Shown: positions 9,450-20,314 of the stretch, piece after piece | How positions within the stretch are numbered: the stretch's first letter is position 1 | Layout of the letters: each line of letters begins with the position of its first letter | NCBI GenBank assembly: GCA_937129395.1 | Contig: CAKZNE010000134.1 | Coordinates: forward strand, 18,196-82,195 | Reading direction: 5' to 3' | Length of the DNA: 64,000 bases | DNA from: an uncultured Cryomorphaceae bacterium | GTDB lineage: Bacteria; Bacteroidota; Bacteroidia; Flavobacteriales; Schleiferiaceae | Made by a program: the position numbers and the translations under genes | Notes under the pieces: model-generated | Told to the model about the DNA's origin: nothing | The model's database searches: none | What the model saw: the letters and a program-made list of their open reading frames with translations, nothing else

Positions 9450-10195
9450 TTTTTCTTTCTTTTAATATCTTGAAGCAATTCCTTCTCAATAATTTCAAAA
9501 CAATCTCCCTTTAATCTGCCAACCTCTTCGGAAGAATTTTCTTTTGGGTGCAAAAAAGGGTGAATTTTGGTTCTAATTATTCCCGGACCACCTTCGGCAA
9601 AGGTAAAGGGTAATTTTCTTTCATTGTCGAAAAATGTTATTGGAATAATAGGTATTTGTTTATCCACAGCAAGCTTAAAAGCTCCATTTTTAAATTCCCC
9701 GAGTAAAGGTTTGTTTTTTGGGACCCCTCCTTCAGGGTAAATGCAAACACCAATCCCTTCATCAATTTTTTTCCCAGCTCTATCAAAAACATCCCTTCTA
9801 CTTCGAAGGCTTTTTCGGTCTACCAAAATGTTTGTTCGTTTATAAAAGAAGCCAAAAAGAGGGAATTTCGTCAATTCTTTTTTGCCGATAAATAAAAAGC
9901 AGTTTGGGAATAAAGCCAGCATCAATAATATATCCGCAAGGCTGGTATGGTTGGAACTTAAAATATAAACTTTGTCTTTATCAGGTTTTTCAAGCCATTC
10001 TGTTTTCGGGATTAAACCGGTCATTATCAACACCATCCATGCCCAAATTTTGGCAAACAAAAAGAATTTAGGATACCATTCTTCCTTTAATGAAGTGGCC
10101 AAAATAAAAGGAAAAAGCACTAGAATGGCGATAAGAATACTAAGGTATAACCATGCTTTCCAGAGGGAAGAAAATATGTATCCGATAAATTTCAC
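9446..10195 (-). CDS. 1-acyl-sn-glycerol-3-phosphate acyltransferase family protein (GTG start)
   Basis: NHTSLADI (NHxxxxD) and YPEGG motifs; N-terminal TM helices; ATGA-type 4-nt overlap with gatC. Confidence 0.75.
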   Translation of the reverse strand: MKFIGYIFSSLWKAWLYLSILIAILVLFPFILATSLKEEWYPKFFLFAKIWAWMVLIMTGLIPKTEWLEKPDKDKVYILSSNHTSLADILLMLALFPNCFLFIGKKELTKFPLFGFFYKRTNILVDRKSLRSRRDVFDRAGKKIDEGIGVCIYPEGGVPKNKPLLGEFKNGAFKLAVDKQIPIIPITFFDNERKLPFTFAEGGPGIIRTKIHPFLHPKENSSEEVGRLKGDCFEIIEKELLQDIKRKKK

Positions 10196-10238
10196 GCCGC
10201 AAAAGTAAACTTTTGATTAGGTTTATAATTAGGCTTAG

Positions 10239-10246
10239 TACTTTTG
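10239..10246 (+). promoter_or_regulatory. -7 box TACTTTTG (trpS)
   Basis: Exact match 18 nt upstream of ATG 10264. Confidence 0.5.
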
Positions 10247-10263
10247 CCAAATAATAAAACTTC

Positions 10264-11235
10264 ATGGCCAGAATTTTAACAGGAATACAAAGTAGTGGAA
10301 AACCACATTTAGGAAATATCCTTGGGGCAATTAAACCCGCAATTGAGCTTTCTCAATCTTCCGAAAATGAGTCTTTCTTTTTTATTGCGGATATGCATTC
10401 GCTAACAACAATAAAAAATGCAGAAGAAAGAATTGAAAATGTATATGCTGTGGCTGCAGCTTGGCTGGCTTTTGGTTTTGATACAGACAAAAACGTTTTT
10501 TACAAGCAAAGTTCGGTTCCTGAAGTTACAGAACTTACTTGGTATTTAAACTGTTTCACCCCATTTCCAATGTTGGGTAATGCGCATTCCTTTAAAGATA
10601 AAAGCGATCGCTTGTCGGATGTAAATGCCGGTTTATTTGATTATCCTGTTTTAATGGCAGCAGACATTCTTCTTTATGATGCGAACATTGTTCCTGTAGG
10701 AAAGGATCAGAGACAACATTTGGAAATGACCAGGGATATTGCAGGGAGTTTAAACCATCAAATGAAAGCAGATATTTTGGTTTTGCCGGAGGCGGAAATT
10801 CGCAAAGATGTAATGACCGTGCCTGGAATAGATGGACAGAAGATGAGTAAATCTTATGGAAATACTATCGATATTTTTTTACCGGAAAAGCAGCTTAAAA
10901 AACGAGTTATGGCTATTGAAACGGATAGCAAAGGCCTCGATGAACCTAAGGATCCAGAAACTTGTAATGTTGTAGCCATCTATTCTTTACTTGCGGATTC
11001 TGAGCAAATTAAGGATATGGAAGAAAAATACCGTTCGGGCGGTTATGGTTATGGACATGCAAAACTAGAATTGCTGCGAATAATCCTGGAAAAATTTGAA
11101 GAACCCAGAAAACGCTTTAATCACTTTATGGACAATAGGGGTTTATTGGATTTGGAATTGGAAAAAGGCGCGGCCAAGGCAAAATTAGTTGCAGCCAATG
11201 TTCTTAAAAGGGTAAGAAAGTCTTTGGGTTATTAA
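10264..11235 (+). CDS. trpS: Tryptophan-tRNA ligase
   Basis: TGIQSSGKPHLGNILG (HIGH-like) and KMSKSYGN (KMSKS) motifs; 323 aa. Confidence 0.9.
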   Translation: MARILTGIQSSGKPHLGNILGAIKPAIELSQSSENESFFFIADMHSLTTIKNAEERIENVYAVAAAWLAFGFDTDKNVFYKQSSVPEVTELTWYLNCFTPFPMLGNAHSFKDKSDRLSDVNAGLFDYPVLMAADILLYDANIVPVGKDQRQHLEMTRDIAGSLNHQMKADILVLPEAEIRKDVMTVPGIDGQKMSKSYGNTIDIFLPEKQLKKRVMAIETDSKGLDEPKDPETCNVVAIYSLLADSEQIKDMEEKYRSGGYGYGHAKLELLRIILEKFEEPRKRFNHFMDNRGLLDLELEKGAAKAKLVAANVLKRVRKSLGY

Positions 11236-11239
11236 AAAC

Positions 11240-13036
11240 CTAATCGTTTAATTTTAAAACAGCTAAAAATGCTTCTTGTGGAATTTCGACATTTCCCACT
11301 TGACGCATTCTCTTTTTACCTGCTTTTTGTTTTTCAAGTAATTTTCTTTTTCTGGAAATATCGCCACCATAACATTTAGCGGTAACATCCTTTCGCAAGG
11401 CGCTTAATGTTTCTCTAGAAATAATTTTTGCACCAATGGCGGCTTGGATAGCAATCATAAATTGTTGCCTTGGGATAAGCTGGCGAAGTTTTTCGCACAT
11501 CTTTTTTCCAAGATCGTAGGCGTTATCCTTATGAACTAATGCAGAAAGGGCATCAACAGGATCTCCATTTAACATAATATCCACCTTAACCAAATCTGCA
11601 GCCTGGTATTCAATGGGATGGTAATCGAAAGAGGCATATCCTCTGGAGATGGTTTTTAAACGATCGTAAAAATCAAATACTATTTCGGCTAGAGGCATAT
11701 CAAAACTCATTTCAACCCTGTCGGAGGTTAAATAAACTTGATTTTTAAGAATCCCTCTTTTCTCAATACATAATCTCATTACAGATCCAACGTAGTCGGA
11801 TTTTGTAATTATTTGTGCTTTAATATAAGGCTCTTCCATCCTTTCCAATGAAGAAGGGTCTGGAAATTCAGTGGGATTGTTTACGACAATATTTGTATTA
11901 GGATCCTTTTTCAAAAAGGAATTATAGGAAACGTTTGGTACGGTTGTAATAACGGTCATATTAAATTCCCTCTCCAATCTCTCCTGAACAATTTCCATAT
12001 GGAGCATTCCTAAAAAACCACAACGGAATCCAAAACCAAGTGCTACAGATGATTCTGGCTCAAAGGTTAAGGAGGCATCATTAAGCTGTAACTTTTCTAG
12101 GGAAGCTCTTAGTTCCTCAAACTCTTCAGTATCCACGGGATAAATTCCAGCAAATACCATCGGTTTTACATCTTCAAAACCAGAAATAGCCGTAGACGAC
12201 AAGCGATCAACAGCCGTAATTGTATCTCCTACTTTAACTTCTTTTGCATTTTTTATTCCCGAAATTATGTAGCCTACATCTCCTGTGAATATTTCTTTCC
12301 TTGGCTCTTGTTTTAGTCGTAAGACTCCAATTTCATCAGCAAAATAATCATTACCCGTGGCCATAAATTTTACCTTCTCACCTTTTTTGATGCTGCCGTT
12401 AATAACCTTAAAAAAGGCCTCAATACCTCGGTATGGATTATAAACAGAGTCAAAAATTAAGGCTTGCAAGGGTGCCTCAGGATCTCCAACTGGAGCTGGA
12501 ACATTTTTCACAACACTTTCCAAAATCTCTTTTATACCGACACCTGTTTTAGCACTTGCCGGAATAATGTCCTCAATTTCACAACCAATAAGGTCAATAA
12601 TTTGATCCATAACTTCCTCCGGATTCGCACTAGGAAGGTCAATTTTATTTAAAACAGGAATTATTTCCAGATCGTGTTCCAATGCTAAATAAAGATTAGA
12701 AATGGTTTGGGCCTGGATCCCCTGTGCTGCATCAACAACCAACAAAGCTCCTTCACAAGCGGCAATTGCTCTAGATACTTCATAAGAAAAGTCAACATGT
12801 CCTGGAGTGTCGATAAGATTTAAGACAAAAGACCCTTCTTTATTAACATAGTCCATCTGTATAGCGTGGCTCTTTATGGTAATGCCTCGCTCTCGTTCCA
12901 AATCCATATCATCCAACAACTGGTTTTTCTTTTCTCGATCACTTACAGTTTGAGTTGTTTCCAATAATCGATCAGCAAGAGTGCTCTTTCCGTGGTCGAT
13001 ATGGGCGATGATACAAAAGTTTCTAATATTTTTCAT
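11240..13036 (-). CDS. lepA: Translation elongation factor 4
   Basis: [35 protein letters not shown] GTPase motifs and LepA C-terminal [16 protein letters not shown]. Start set at ATG 13036. Confidence 0.9.
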   Translation of the reverse strand: MKNIRNFCIIAHIDHGKSTLADRLLETTQTVSDREKKNQLLDDMDLERERGITIKSHAIQMDYVNKEGSFVLNLIDTPGHVDFSYEVSRAIAACEGALLVVDAAQGIQAQTISNLYLALEHDLEIIPVLNKIDLPSANPEEVMDQIIDLIGCEIEDIIPASAKTGVGIKEILESVVKNVPAPVGDPEAPLQALIFDSVYNPYRGIEAFFKVINGSIKKGEKVKFMATGNDYFADEIGVLRLKQEPRKEIFTGDVGYIISGIKNAKEVKVGDTITAVDRLSSTAISGFEDVKPMVFAGIYPVDTEEFEELRASLEKLQLNDASLTFEPESSVALGFGFRCGFLGMLHMEIVQERLEREFNMTVITTVPNVSYNSFLKKDPNTNIVVNNPTEFPDPSSLERMEEPYIKAQIITKSDYVGSVMRLCIEKRGILKNQVYLTSDRVEMSFDMPLAEIVFDFYDRLKTISRGYASFDYHPIEYQAADLVKVDIMLNGDPVDALSALVHKDNAYDLGKKMCEKLRQLIPRQQFMIAIQAAIGAKIISRETLSALRKDVTAKCYGGDISRKRKLLEKQKAGKKRMRQVGNVEIPQEAFLAVLKLND

Positions 13037-13278
13037 TGCGCTATAATCAGGCTTCATTTCAAGTGGCGCGAAATTACAAGAAAAAAGCCTCTTATATCAC
13101 CAAAATTGAAAGTTGACTCAAAAGCTCTCAAATGAAAGTTATTAACGGTTTCGAAAAAACGCTAAATACTAGCAGTAACTAATTAATGAGTAATTTTTAG
13201 GTAATGAAACTTGCTGTTTATTAACAATAAGGTATTTTTACTCTCTTAATTAGACCGAGAAATAAATAATTGCCGAAC

Positions 13279-15588
13279 ATGAGAAAAATAATAATTGCCT
13301 TAACCGCGCTTTTAGTAGCATTTAGTTTTGAGTCAAAAGCCTCTCACCTTGCGGGTGGAGAAATCTTTTACGAGCACGTTGCGGGTACTGTAAGAGACTA
13401 TAAAGTTACCGTAATCATTTATAGAGATTTGAATGGTATTGCCTTAGGGACTACTGCTAACTTAAACTACTCGTCCTCTTGTAACCCAGGTGGTAATAGT
13501 GTTTTACAAGCTACTCCTGGCACAACCCTAAACGCCCCTGTAACTGGAGCCTACCCTTGTGTTGCTTTGTCTTCTCCCGGTTCGGTACCATTTTCAAGCT
13601 ATTCTTATTGTGGAACTATAACACTCCCAACAAATTGTAACGACTGGGTTTTTTATTGGTCTAGCTGTTGTAGGAACCCTGCGATTACAAATATTGTGAA
13701 TCCTTCAAGTCAAGGTTTTTTAATTCAAGCAAAATTAAACAACAACCTTGGTCAAAATTCTTCCCCTGTATTTATTACTCCACCTGTAAAACAGTTTTGT
13801 TTAAAAGGTCAAAACGACCCTGCATTTAACTGGTCGCAAGCGGCAATTGAGCCAAATGGCGATTCTATTGTTTATAGTTTTGGTGCTCCATTAGATGATC
13901 CATTTCCAGGTACTGCAATTCCTTGGGCCAATGGTTATAGCCTTACTGCTCCAATGACTACATGGAACGGGATTGCTTTAGACAATGCAACAGGAACTTT
14001 TACTTTTAAACCTTCCCAAAATGAAGTAGACGTTTTTAAAGTTGATGTAAATGAGTATCGATATGATCCTGGTCTTACGCAATGGATTTTTGTAGGAAGT
14101 ACAACTCGAGAAATGCAGGTTCCGATTCTTTCACAATGTGATCAAGCTACAGCTGCTGGTCCGAAAATTAACACTTCACTTCCCGGCTTTTCTACAGGAA
14201 ATATTAGCTCAGATAGCCTTTCTAATGTATACCAACACGATAGTGTAAGCAATGCCTCTACTGTTGTTAATGGCCAACAAGTTTATGATGTTCCGGTTAT
14301 TGAATATGATTGTTTTGATGATGTTGTAACCCTACGATTTGATATTCAAATAGATATTAGTAGTATTTCTCCTGATGGAAATGAATTTCGTATTGTAGGT
14401 CCTGACGGAATCCTAAGACCAGTGGTTGAGGCTACCTGGAAAATTGGAGCTTCACCAATTGAAACAGATGAAATTTATCTTAAACTTCACAAAAAGTTGG
14501 ATGAAAATGGAATCTATGTTATGTATATTAAAAGAGGTGCCGATGGAAACACTCTTTTAAATGAGTGTGGATTTGAACTGGATGCCTATTACACAATGCT
14601 TATCAGTGTCCAAAATTGTCCTACTTTAGATTATCAAATGGACAATCTTACTGTTGTAGATGATCGCAACCGTAAAATTAATTGGTCAATTGTAGATCCT
14701 TCTTACCTACAACCAAGTTTGTTTAATTATTGGCAAATTGGAATGACCGTTGGAGGCGCTACTTATATTAGAACCATAAATGACATTAATGCTCGTTCAT
14801 TTGAAGATACTGAGCAATTCTTTCCAGACCAAGTAGATCATCAGAACTTTGAGTATTGGGTACAATTAGTACAAAATTCTGATTTTAAAGCTCCAACAAA
14901 TAATACTTTAATTACGGTTCGTTTACGTGACACCATTATTTTTAAGGGAGATAAAAATGCTGATATTGATTTTGGTTGGAATGCTTATAACGCATGGGAT
15001 TCTGGAGAAACTGAATACCAAATGTGGTGGGCAGAGTGTAATCCTGATACTACAATTGCTGGCACTTGGTCAAAATACGAAGGACAGGATACAAGCTATT
15101 TTTTCAATCGTTTTAAGGTCGATAATTCCAAAATTGAAAATGAAGGAATATTTGTTTTCCGTGTTGATGCTACAAATAATCAAAACCCTCCTCCAGCGGG
15201 TTGGACTTCAGAATCCAATTGGAGGTATGTATTTGTAACTTATATTGAGGATCCAGACATATCCTTACCAGAGCTATTTGCTCCAAATGTATTTACACCC
15301 AATGATGACAATCAAAATGACAAATTCTATATTACTGCGGTAAATGGGGGTCGAGAATTTGAAGATGTGAAATTATCTGTTTTCAACAGATGGGGTCAAT
15401 TGGTTTATGAAGATGAAAACTTTTCTGCCAGAAACAATCCTCAGCAAGGATGGGATGGAACCAGTATTTATACTGGAAAGAAATTAGCCGATGGTGTATA
15501 TTATTATACTGCTCAATTTCGTGACCCTACAACCAACAAAACCGAAGATTTGCAAGGTTCTGTAACAATTATGGGATCTACCAATTAA
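13279..15588 (+). CDS. Large secreted protein with T9SS type B (CHU_C, gliding-motility-associated) C-terminal sorting domain; tandem paralogue 1
   Basis: Signal peptide, then SHLAGGEIFYEHV; SCCRNPAITNI; EPNGDSIVYSF (cadherin-like DGD). C-terminus FAPNVFTPNDDNQNDKFYI..VFNRWGQLVYED..WDGT..DGVYYY. Confidence 0.8.
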   Translation: MRKIIIALTALLVAFSFESKASHLAGGEIFYEHVAGTVRDYKVTVIIYRDLNGIALGTTANLNYSSSCNPGGNSVLQATPGTTLNAPVTGAYPCVALSSPGSVPFSSYSYCGTITLPTNCNDWVFYWSSCCRNPAITNIVNPSSQGFLIQAKLNNNLGQNSSPVFITPPVKQFCLKGQNDPAFNWSQAAIEPNGDSIVYSFGAPLDDPFPGTAIPWANGYSLTAPMTTWNGIALDNATGTFTFKPSQNEVDVFKVDVNEYRYDPGLTQWIFVGSTTREMQVPILSQCDQATAAGPKINTSLPGFSTGNISSDSLSNVYQHDSVSNASTVVNGQQVYDVPVIEYDCFDDVVTLRFDIQIDISSISPDGNEFRIVGPDGILRPVVEATWKIGASPIETDEIYLKLHKKLDENGIYVMYIKRGADGNTLLNECGFELDAYYTMLISVQNCPTLDYQMDNLTVVDDRNRKINWSIVDPSYLQPSLFNYWQIGMTVGGATYIRTINDINARSFEDTEQFFPDQVDHQNFEYWVQLVQNSDFKAPTNNTLITVRLRDTIIFKGDKNADIDFGWNAYNAWDSGETEYQMWWAECNPDTTIAGTWSKYEGQDTSYFFNRFKVDNSKIENEGIFVFRVDATNNQNPPPAGWTSESNWRYVFVTYIEDPDISLPELFAPNVFTPNDDNQNDKFYITAVNGGREFEDVKLSVFNRWGQLVYEDENFSARNNPQQGWDGTSIYTGKKLADGVYYYTAQFRDPTTNKTEDLQGSVTIMGSTN

Positions 15589-15613
15589 ACTGCTAATTGT
15601 ATATAATATTTCA

Positions 15614-15647
15614 AACACTCAAGTTTCGGCTTGGGTGTTTTTTTTTG
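15614..15647 (+). terminator. Rho-independent terminator after T9SS paralogue 1
   Basis: Stem ACACTCAAG/CTTGGGTGT followed by a T8 run. Confidence 0.7.
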
Positions 15648-15959
15648 CTTCAAATGAATGGTCATTTGTTTCACTCTCCTTCCAAGGCAAAAAAATGGTT
15701 TTCTCATTAAAGTCTTAAGAAAACAAAAAGGGACAAATACCTTAAATAAGGAATTCAACCTTTGGCTAAATTCGACAAATCGCATTGTCTATCGAACAAT
15801 AGTTTTAGAGGTTCAAAAATAAATTATGCCGTTTAAATAAAGACCTAAAATCTAATACTACCGTATTTACACTAAGTCTGGGCTGCTTTTGAATGATTGA
15901 CATTAAATTTTCGCTGGTGGTAACTTTAAATTTATAGTGATCTAAAAACCCACCACTAT

Positions 15960-18296
15960 ATGAAAAATTTAAAGCTTTTCGCAGCACTGGTTGCCATTTT
16001 TACCACCCTTAGTGCTACAGCTACCCACTACGCTGGTGCCGAAATATTTTATGAGCACGTTCCGGGTTCTGCTCGAGCCTACCATGTCACCCTAATCGTC
16101 TATGGCGATTTAAATGGTACAGCGGCATTACAAGTCCAAGAGAGTATAAGCTATTCTAGCTCTTGTCACCCCGGAGGAATAGTAAATATTCAAAATTCCC
16201 AAGGAGCAACGGCGGGGTACAACCGTGCAGATTATATATATACTCAGGCATATCCTTGTGCTCCTTACGATCCTAATGACCCAAACTCGGTGCAGTTTTA
16301 CAGTTTTACTTTTGAAATGACCGTTACACTTCCTGTAGATTGTAATGATTGGGTTTTTTCTTGGGAGAACTTTGCTCGAAACAATGCAATAACAAATATT
16401 CAAAACCCCGGTGGCCAAGCCTTACATATTGAGGCGCTTCTGAATAGTAATTTTGGACCTAATAGTTCCCCACAATTCACCTCTGCCCCAGTAAAACAAT
16501 TTTGCGTAAAACAGCCAAATGACCCTCCTTTTCCATTGGTCCAAACCGCTATCGAGGTCGACGGCGATTCTATTGTTTATGAACTAGCCCAACCTCAGGG
16601 TGCCGGAGGGGCACTGATTCCTTGGGTAAATGGGTACAGCAATATGGCGCCAATATCTTCTTGGACTACTCCTACTATTAATCAAAAGACGGCTACTTTC
16701 TTTTTCGCCCCAAATACTCCTGAAGTTGATGTTTTAAAAATTGTGGTAAAAGAATATCGATTTGATGCAAATTCTGGAGTCTGGATTTTTGTGGGTAATA
16801 CAACTCGTGATTTACAAATCCCTGTCTTAACAAATTGCAATTCAAATGCTGAAAATGGGCCTTCCATAAATACATCTTTAGCTGGTTTCTCAACTGGCTC
16901 TTATTATGGAGACAGTTTAAGGGAAACCTATGGTTTTACAAAAATTAGCAATGATTCCACTCTTGAGCCAATAACAGGTAAATACCTATTTGAAATATCA
17001 CAAATTGAATATAATTGTTTTGATAATGTAGTTACCCTAAAATTCGATGATTCCCCACTAATTTACACACCTTCAATTTCGGAAGCAAAGGATGAGTTTA
17101 GAATCCTTGGGCCAGATGGGGTTAGTCGGCCAATTGTTGATATTACATTTTTACCCCAACCAGGTTCAGCTGTTCAAACAAATGAAATTTATCTAAAACT
17201 TCATAAACCTCTAGATACTGATGGCAATTATCTGTTGCAAATAAAAAAAGGGTCGGATGGAAATACCCTGCAGGATGAATGCGGTTTTCAATTACCTCCA
17301 AACCAAATAATGCTCATTACCGTTATCAATTGCCCAAGCTTAGATTACAACTTGGATAATCTTACTGTTGTTAATGACAGAAATCGAAAAATTGATTGGT
17401 CCATTGCCGACCCCAACTATTTACAACCTAGTCTTTTTAATTACTGGCAGGTAGGAATGACTGTTGGAGGGGCAACTTATGTACGAACCATTAATGATAT
17501 CAACGCTAGGTCATTTTTAGATACTGAAGAGTTTTTTCCAGATCAGGTGGATCATCAAAATTTTGAATATTGGGTTCAATTGGTTCAAAATTCAGATTTT
17601 AAGGCTCCTGCAAATAATAATTTAATTACTATAAAACTGAGGGATACAATTACTTTTAAAGGCCTTCAACACTCCACGGTTGACTTTGGTTGGAATGCTT
17701 ATAACGCATGGTCTAGTAGTGAAACTGAATACCAAATGTGGTGGGCAGAATGTAATCCAGACAGCTCTTTAGCAACGGCTTGGGAAAAATACGAGGGTCA
17801 AGATACCAGCTATTTTTACAATCATTTTGATGTAGATAATTCCAAAATTGCAAACGATGGTCTTTTTGTTTTCCGTGTAGATGCCACAAACAATCAAAAC
17901 CCACCACCTGCCGGTTGGATTTCAGAATCGAATTGGAAGTATGTTTTGGTAAAATACTCTGAAATACCCGATGTTTCCTTACCAAGTCTGTTTGCTCCAA
18001 ATGTATTTACACCAAATGATGACAATCAAAATGACAAGTTTTATATCACGGCTGTAAATGGCGCTAGGGAATATGAGGAGGTAAAACTATCTGTTTTCAA
18101 CAGATGGGGTCAATTGGTTTATGAAGATGAAGACTTCTCTTCTCGCAATAACCCAGAACAAGGATGGGATGGAACCAGTATTTATACAGGTAAAAAACTA
18201 GCGGATGGCGTTTATTACTATACGGCAAAATTTCGCGATCCTTTAACAAATAAAACAAAAGATCTACAGGGTTCGGTAACCATGCTTGGCTCTTAG
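15960..18296 (+). CDS. Large secreted protein with T9SS type B C-terminal sorting domain; tandem paralogue 2
   Basis: Signal peptide, then THYAGAEIFYEHV; VDGDSIVYEL. C-terminal third is nearly identical to paralogue 1, including the FAPNVFTPNDDNQNDKFYI tail. Confidence 0.8.
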   Translation: MKNLKLFAALVAIFTTLSATATHYAGAEIFYEHVPGSARAYHVTLIVYGDLNGTAALQVQESISYSSSCHPGGIVNIQNSQGATAGYNRADYIYTQAYPCAPYDPNDPNSVQFYSFTFEMTVTLPVDCNDWVFSWENFARNNAITNIQNPGGQALHIEALLNSNFGPNSSPQFTSAPVKQFCVKQPNDPPFPLVQTAIEVDGDSIVYELAQPQGAGGALIPWVNGYSNMAPISSWTTPTINQKTATFFFAPNTPEVDVLKIVVKEYRFDANSGVWIFVGNTTRDLQIPVLTNCNSNAENGPSINTSLAGFSTGSYYGDSLRETYGFTKISNDSTLEPITGKYLFEISQIEYNCFDNVVTLKFDDSPLIYTPSISEAKDEFRILGPDGVSRPIVDITFLPQPGSAVQTNEIYLKLHKPLDTDGNYLLQIKKGSDGNTLQDECGFQLPPNQIMLITVINCPSLDYNLDNLTVVNDRNRKIDWSIADPNYLQPSLFNYWQVGMTVGGATYVRTINDINARSFLDTEEFFPDQVDHQNFEYWVQLVQNSDFKAPANNNLITIKLRDTITFKGLQHSTVDFGWNAYNAWSSSETEYQMWWAECNPDSSLATAWEKYEGQDTSYFYNHFDVDNSKIANDGLFVFRVDATNNQNPPPAGWISESNWKYVLVKYSEIPDVSLPSLFAPNVFTPNDDNQNDKFYITAVNGAREYEEVKLSVFNRWGQLVYEDEDFSSRNNPEQGWDGTSIYTGKKLADGVYYYTAKFRDPLTNKTKDLQGSVTMLGS

Positions 18297-18324
18297 ATTA
18301 AATCTATTTTACTTAGGATTGAAA

Positions 18325-18360
18325 GGCTCATCTTCTGAAATGTTGATGGGTCTTTTTATT
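18325..18360 (+). terminator. Probable terminator after T9SS paralogue 2
   Basis: Stem GGCTCATC/GATGGGTC (two G-U pairs), then TTTTTATTT. Confidence 0.5.
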
Positions 18361-18371
18361 TAGATAAGGGC

Positions 18372-18400
18372 AAAAAAAAGCCCAGCAGATGGCCAGGCTT
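18372..18400 (-). terminator. Terminator after accC
   Basis: Reverse strand reads AGCCTGGCCATCTGCTGGGCT followed by T8. Confidence 0.6.
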
Positions 18401-18423
18401 TTAAATATAATTCAATTAACACC

Positions 18424-19761
18424 TTATTCAAACTCAAAAGTATCCATAAAGGCAGTGGTATAATTCCCAGCTAAATAATTTGGATCATCCATTAAGGCTC
18501 TATGAAAAGGAATAGTTGTTTTTACACCTTCAATTACGAACTCATCCAAAGCTCTTCTCATTTTGTCGATGGCCTCATTCCTTGTTTGTGCCGTTGTAAT
18601 CAACTTAGCAATCATAGAATCATAAAAAGGAGGAATAACATAACCAGCATAAACATGAGTATCCAACCTTACCCCGTGTCCACCTGGAGCATGAAATGTA
18701 GAAATCATTCCTGGTGAAGGTCTAAACCCATTATGTGGATCTTCTGCATTAATTCTACACTCAATTGAATGCAATTGGGGTTCATAATTCTTTCCACTTA
18801 TTTTAATCCCGGCAGCAACCTTTATTTGCTCTCGGATTAAATCATAGTCAATTACTTGTTCGGTTATTGGATGTTCTACTTGGATACGTGTATTCATTTC
18901 CATGAAATAGAAATTCTTGTGTTTATCCACAAGGAATTCAATAGTACCAGCACCTTCATATTTAATATATTCCGCGGCCTTTACTGCGGCATCACCCATT
19001 TTTTTCCTCAATTCCTTGGTCATAAAAGGAGAAGGAGTTTCTTCGGTAAGTTTTTGATGTCTTCTTTGGATGGAACAATCTCTTTCAGAGAGATGACAGG
19101 CTTTTCCGTCAATATCCCCTACAATTTGGATTTCGATATGCCTAGGATCCTCAATTAACTTTTCCATATACATGCCATCGTTTCCGAAAGCAGCAGCGGA
19201 TTCTTGGCGAGCATCGTCCCAGGCTTTTTTAAGCCCATCTTCAGCCCAAACAGCGCGCATACCTTTTCCACCACCACCGGCGGTAGCTTTTAGCATTACT
19301 GGATAGCCCATTTCTGCGGCCAATTTTTCAGTTTGCTCAAAAGATTCCAGCAAACCTTCAGATCCTGGAATACAAGGAACTCCAGCGGCGATCATTGTGG
19401 CTTTAGCCGAAGCTTTATCACCCATTCTATCAATCATCTCCGGTTCGGGTCCAATAAATTTTATTCCATTTTCGGTACAGATTTTAGAAAATTTAGAATT
19501 CTCTGATAAAAATCCATACCCAGGGTGAATAGCGTCCGCATTGGTAATTTCCGCAGCAGCAATAATATTGGGAATATTTAAATAGGATTCATTACTTGCT
19601 GCAGGCCCAATACAAACGGCTTCATCTGCAAACCTTATATGCAAACTATCCTTATCTGCTGTACTATAGACTGCAACAGTTTTAATACCCATTTCTTTAC
19701 ATGTACGGATTACACGTAAAGCAATTTCGCCACGATTGGCAATTAATATTTTTTTGAACAT
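18424..19761 (-). CDS. accC: Acetyl-CoA carboxylase biotin carboxylase subunit
   Basis: [29 protein letters not shown]-grasp [19 protein letters not shown]. Confidence 0.92.
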   Translation of the reverse strand: MFKKILIANRGEIALRVIRTCKEMGIKTVAVYSTADKDSLHIRFADEAVCIGPAASNESYLNIPNIIAAAEITNADAIHPGYGFLSENSKFSKICTENGIKFIGPEPEMIDRMGDKASAKATMIAAGVPCIPGSEGLLESFEQTEKLAAEMGYPVMLKATAGGGGKGMRAVWAEDGLKKAWDDARQESAAAFGNDGMYMEKLIEDPRHIEIQIVGDIDGKACHLSERDCSIQRRHQKLTEETPSPFMTKELRKKMGDAAVKAAEYIKYEGAGTIEFLVDKHKNFYFMEMNTRIQVEHPITEQVIDYDLIREQIKVAAGIKISGKNYEPQLHSIECRINAEDPHNGFRPSPGMISTFHAPGGHGVRLDTHVYAGYVIPPFYDSMIAKLITTAQTRNEAIDKMRRALDEFVIEGVKTTIPFHRALMDDPNYLAGNYTTAFMDTFEFE

Positions 19762-19789
19762 AGCAGTATTTAATAAGGGTTTATTAATC

Positions 19790-20269
19790 CTAAGAAGGAT
19801 CTACTAAAAATAATGGTTGATCATATTCCACTGGAGTTTGATCATCTACCAAAATCTTTACAACTTTCCCTGATACTTCACTTTCTATTTCATTGAAAAG
19901 CTTCATTGCTTCAATAATACACACAACACTTCCAGGTTGGATTTCATCCCCAACATTCACAAACAAAGGTTTGTCTGGTGTTGGTCTTCTATAAAAAGTA
20001 CCAATCATTGGTGATTTTACAGTAATGTATTTTGAATCGTCCTCTTCGGCCACCGCTGGAGTTTCTGGAATAGCCGGAGCTGTTGCAGGAACTTGTGCCG
20101 GAGCACTAGGTGCCGCTTGGGGCATGGAGATTATTTGGGGAATAGCTTGGTCGCCAGCGGCTGCTCCTGTTTTAATGTTAATCTTGAAATCTTCCGTTTC
20201 TAGATTCACTTCTGAAGCTCCAGAACGAGCTACGAATTTAATGAGGTTTTGAATTTCTTTAATATCCAT
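19790..20269 (-). CDS. accB: Biotin carboxyl carrier protein
   Basis: Ala/Pro-rich linker and biotinylation motif [13 protein letters not shown]. Confidence 0.9.
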   Translation of the reverse strand: MDIKEIQNLIKFVARSGASEVNLETEDFKINIKTGAAAGDQAIPQIISMPQAAPSAPAQVPATAPAIPETPAVAEEDDSKYITVKSPMIGTFYRRPTPDKPLFVNVGDEIQPGSVVCIIEAMKLFNEIESEVSGKVVKILVDDQTPVEYDQPLFLVDPS

Positions 20270-20295
20270 AAATGTATCGGAATGTTGGTTGCTAA

Positions 20296-20303
20296 CAAAT
20301 CTA
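20296..20303 (-). promoter_or_regulatory. -7 box TAGATTTG (accB-accC)
   Basis: Plus strand CAAATCTA, between the fabH stop and the accB start. Confidence 0.4.
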
Positions 20304-20314
20304 AAAAAAAAGCT

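Noticed and set aside
10200-10207. TACTTTTG box on the minus strand upstream of the acyltransferase gene
   Set aside because: It lies only 5 nt from the GTG start at 10195, which would imply a leaderless mRNA or a different start. It is too uncertain to list as a promoter.
14927-15238. 103-aa alternate-frame ORF inside T9SS paralogue 1, and similar antisense or alternate-frame ORFs (e.g. 16128..16418, 27950..28315, 42917..43423, 46673..46990, 54387..54752)
   Set aside because: They are embedded in strongly supported genes and their translations are compositionally odd (Ile/Phe/Arg/Ser-rich), as expected from AT-rich off-frame reading. No motifs were seen.
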